From the human T2T-CHM13v2.0 reference genome, Homo sapiens: a stretch of 64,000 bases of DNA. The notes below the pieces were generated by a model. That model ran no database searches and was not told the DNA's origin. It saw only the letters and a list, made by a program, of their open reading frames with translations. This document shows positions 61,608 through 64,000 of this stretch, piece by piece; position 1 is the first letter of the stretch; the number at the start of each line of letters is the position of its first letter. The position numbers were made by a program, and so were the translations under genes. Location of the stretch: assembly GCF_009914755.1 (NCBI RefSeq), contig NC_060929.1; one strand, 5' to 3'.

Positions 61608-62574
61608 TGAAGGGGTGGCCTGTCCCTCCACACCTGTGGGTGTTTCTCTTCCGGTGGGACGCGAGACGGAGAAAAGAAAGAGACACAGAGACAAAGTACA
61701 GAGAAAGAAAAGTGGGCCCAGAGGACTGGGGCTCAGCATACAGAGGAACGGTGCTGGCACTGGTCTCTGAGTTCCCTCAGTATTTATTGATCATTATCTC
61801 TACCATCTCGGAGAGGGGGATGTGGCAGGACAATAGGGTAATAGTGGGGAAAGGGTCAGCAGGAAAACATGTGAACAAATGTCTCTGTATCATAAACAAG
61901 GTTAAGAAAAAGGTGCTGTACTTTGATGTGCACATATGTAAACATCGCAATGCATTAAAGAGCAGTATTGCTGCCAGCATGTCTCACCTCCAACCCTAAG
62001 GCGGTTTTCTCCTATCTCAGTAGATGGAACATACAATCAGGTTTTACACCGAGACATTCCATTGCCCAGGGACGAGCAGGAGACTGATGCCTTCCTCTTA
62101 TCTCAACTGCAAAGAGGCCTTCCTCTTTTACGAATCCTCCTCAGCACAGACCCTTTATGGGTGTCGTGCTGGGGGACGGTCAGGTCTTTCCCTTCCCACG
62201 AGGCCATATTTCAGACTATCACATGGGGAGAAACCTTGGACAATACCTGGCTTTCCTAGGTAGAGGTCCCTGCGGCCTTCCACAGTGTTGTGTCCCTGGG
62301 TACCTGAGAGTAGGGAGTTGTGATGACTTTTTACAAGCATGCTGCCTTCAAGCATTTGTTTAACAAAGCACATCCTGCATAGCCCTAAATCCATTAAACC
62401 TTGAGTCCACACAGCACATGTTTCTGCGAGCACAGGGTTGGGGGTAGGGTTACAGATTAACAGCATCTCAAGGCAGAAGAATTTTTCTTAGTACAGAACA
62501 AAATGAAGTCTCTTATGTCTACTTCTTTATACATAGACACAGTAACAGTCTGATCTCTCTCTCTTTTCCCCACA
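61608..62574 (-). mobile_element. Solo HERV-K (HML-2) LTR5, LTR5B-like
   Basis: The minus strand starts tgtggggaaaagagagagagatcagactgttactgtgtctatgt and ends caggccaccccttca (5A/5B-type end). 967 bp, 5-bp TSD tcttt. Confidence 0.95.
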
Positions 62575-63569
62575 TCTTTTTATTTTAATATACAAAAAGA
62601 GATGAAATCCTTTTTTGATAATCATCTATTTGTCCTTCCAACAATTTAAAGGAGAATGAGAAGATTATGATTTTGTGGTAGCAGACTATTATCTTAGAAG
62701 CCTTAATTTGCATTTTATTCATTTCATTTTTAGCATTATGTCCAAGTCACACAATGTAATTCCTTACTTGCTAATTACTGCCTATATAGGAATTGGTTCA
62801 GAGGATCTTTGAACCCTTGGTTTTTTAAAATCTACTTGTCTGTGCCAGGCATATTGCTTTTGTTACTCTTACCTGATACAGAATATTTTCATGGCTGCAT
62901 ACTGTGTTTCTGTGTCCCACATACAAAATAACAAATGACAAAAATTAAGAAAGGAAAGTCTTTTCTATTTAGAGAGCAGCATTCACACAGCCACTAGATT
63001 AATGTTAGCTTTGAAGCTGCATGATGAGCAATAGAGGTTTCTTACCAAGATACTCATTAGCATCCCTTTGTGACTTGTAAGAAATAATTTGCACAGTTTT
63101 AAATTTAATGTTAACCCAAAGCTTCTTTGTTGACTGATCAATTTCTAACCACAACAAACTCATTTGTTTCCATTTTGATTGATAAGCAAGGTGCAAAAGT
63201 GAGTCCATTTCCTTCCTTTCTTCTTCTGTCTCCTCTTACTACATAATTAACTAAAAACAGAATATAATAACCTGATTGGTTTACCTAGCACTTGAATATA
63301 CGTGTATATCAGATTGTCTTTATAAACAAATCTCAGTTGTCTTGAAATACGAGGATAAGATTGTCTTGCAATGGAAACACAATACAGCAAACTTTGTCAG
63401 GCTACTGCTCATAATTATAGGACATTTCTAAGATCATTTATATCTCTTCTCTTCCTCACCATGCCATATTTCTCTGCTTTATTCTTGTGTAAAACAATAT
63501 AGGCCTATGTGTCTCCAATTTTCTTTTCTTCTCTACCCTGAATTGATTTATCAGTTATTACTTGAATCA

Positions 63570-63745
63570 GATATGATTGTTTACATGGAAAATCCAAAGG
63601 GACAACAAGAATCTCATCAGATAAAATGAGGAAATACAGTGGTAGTTGTTTGGTAGAAACATTACTATGTAAAAATCAGCAGCTTTTAATATATAAATCA
63701 CATACATTTTACATAGAGAAATTATGCAAAAATACAATAGCAACA
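63570..63745 (+). mobile_element. L1M ORF2 reverse-transcriptase fragment
   Basis: atgattgtttacatggaaaatccaaag encodes MIVYMENPK, the segment just after the L1 RT ADD motif. Confidence 0.7.
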
Positions 63746-63901
63746 ACAATTACAGAAACCCAACAAGTGCAGAACACCAGCTTATATTTTGAGATAGTAC
63801 CCTGGGTTTAGAGGTATCACACATGATGATTTGTGTAGGACAGTCTCGCTTTATGTGTCTTGACACAAAATTCGGATTTTTAAATGTAAAGCAAAGTTTA
63901 T

Positions 63902-64000
63902 TCAAATATACAAGAGAAAAACAACGCCATAAAAAAGTGGGCAAAGGACACGAACAGACACCTCACAAAAGAAGACATATATGCAGTCAATAAGCATATA
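63902..64000 (+). mobile_element. L1PA ORF2 3' fragment running off the window
   Basis: aaaaagtgggcaaaggacacgaacagacacctcacaaaagaagacatatatgcagtcaataagcatat. Confidence 0.88.

Noticed and set aside
61565-62466. ORFs of 62-144 aa
   Set aside because: They lie largely within the non-coding LTR5, and no gag, pol or env sequence is present.
63815-63900. Box C-like atgatga suggesting a C/D snoRNA
   Set aside because: No downstream CTGA box D with a terminal stem was found.

Overview
AT-rich, gene-poor primate (human-like) genomic DNA, either intergenic or deep intronic. I found no protein-coding exon, RNA gene or CRISPR array that I can support. The supplied ORFs come from Alu, LTR12, MST-int, LTR5 and L1 sequence or from low-complexity sequence. 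The window is a layered record of transposable elements. It holds old L1M/L2/MIR fragments, DNA transposons (MER5, MER94, MER53, Tigger3a x2, MER2, MER115/Zaphod-like, MER20), about 10 Alus and many LTR elements. The LTR elements include two oppositely oriented solo LTR12s (7772-9031 minus, 48507-49819 plus), a complete MSTA LTR-int-LTR element (56376-59032), an MLT1A LTR with internal sequence and a solo HERV-K LTR5 (61608-62574). The most interesting observations are: (1) both LTR12s have a damaged core promoter box, yet each is followed closely by a TAG|GTAAG splice donor; (2) a candidate spliced, polyadenylated non-coding 3' end lies downstream of the second LTR12; (3) an Alu-in-Alu insertion produced a zero-spacer inverted Alu pair; (4) a possible Alu 3' transduction; and (5) several duplications with inverted, locally templated filler that resemble repair scars. 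I see no convincing new biological system. Family names are from memory of consensus sequences and need RepeatMasker/Dfam confirmation.
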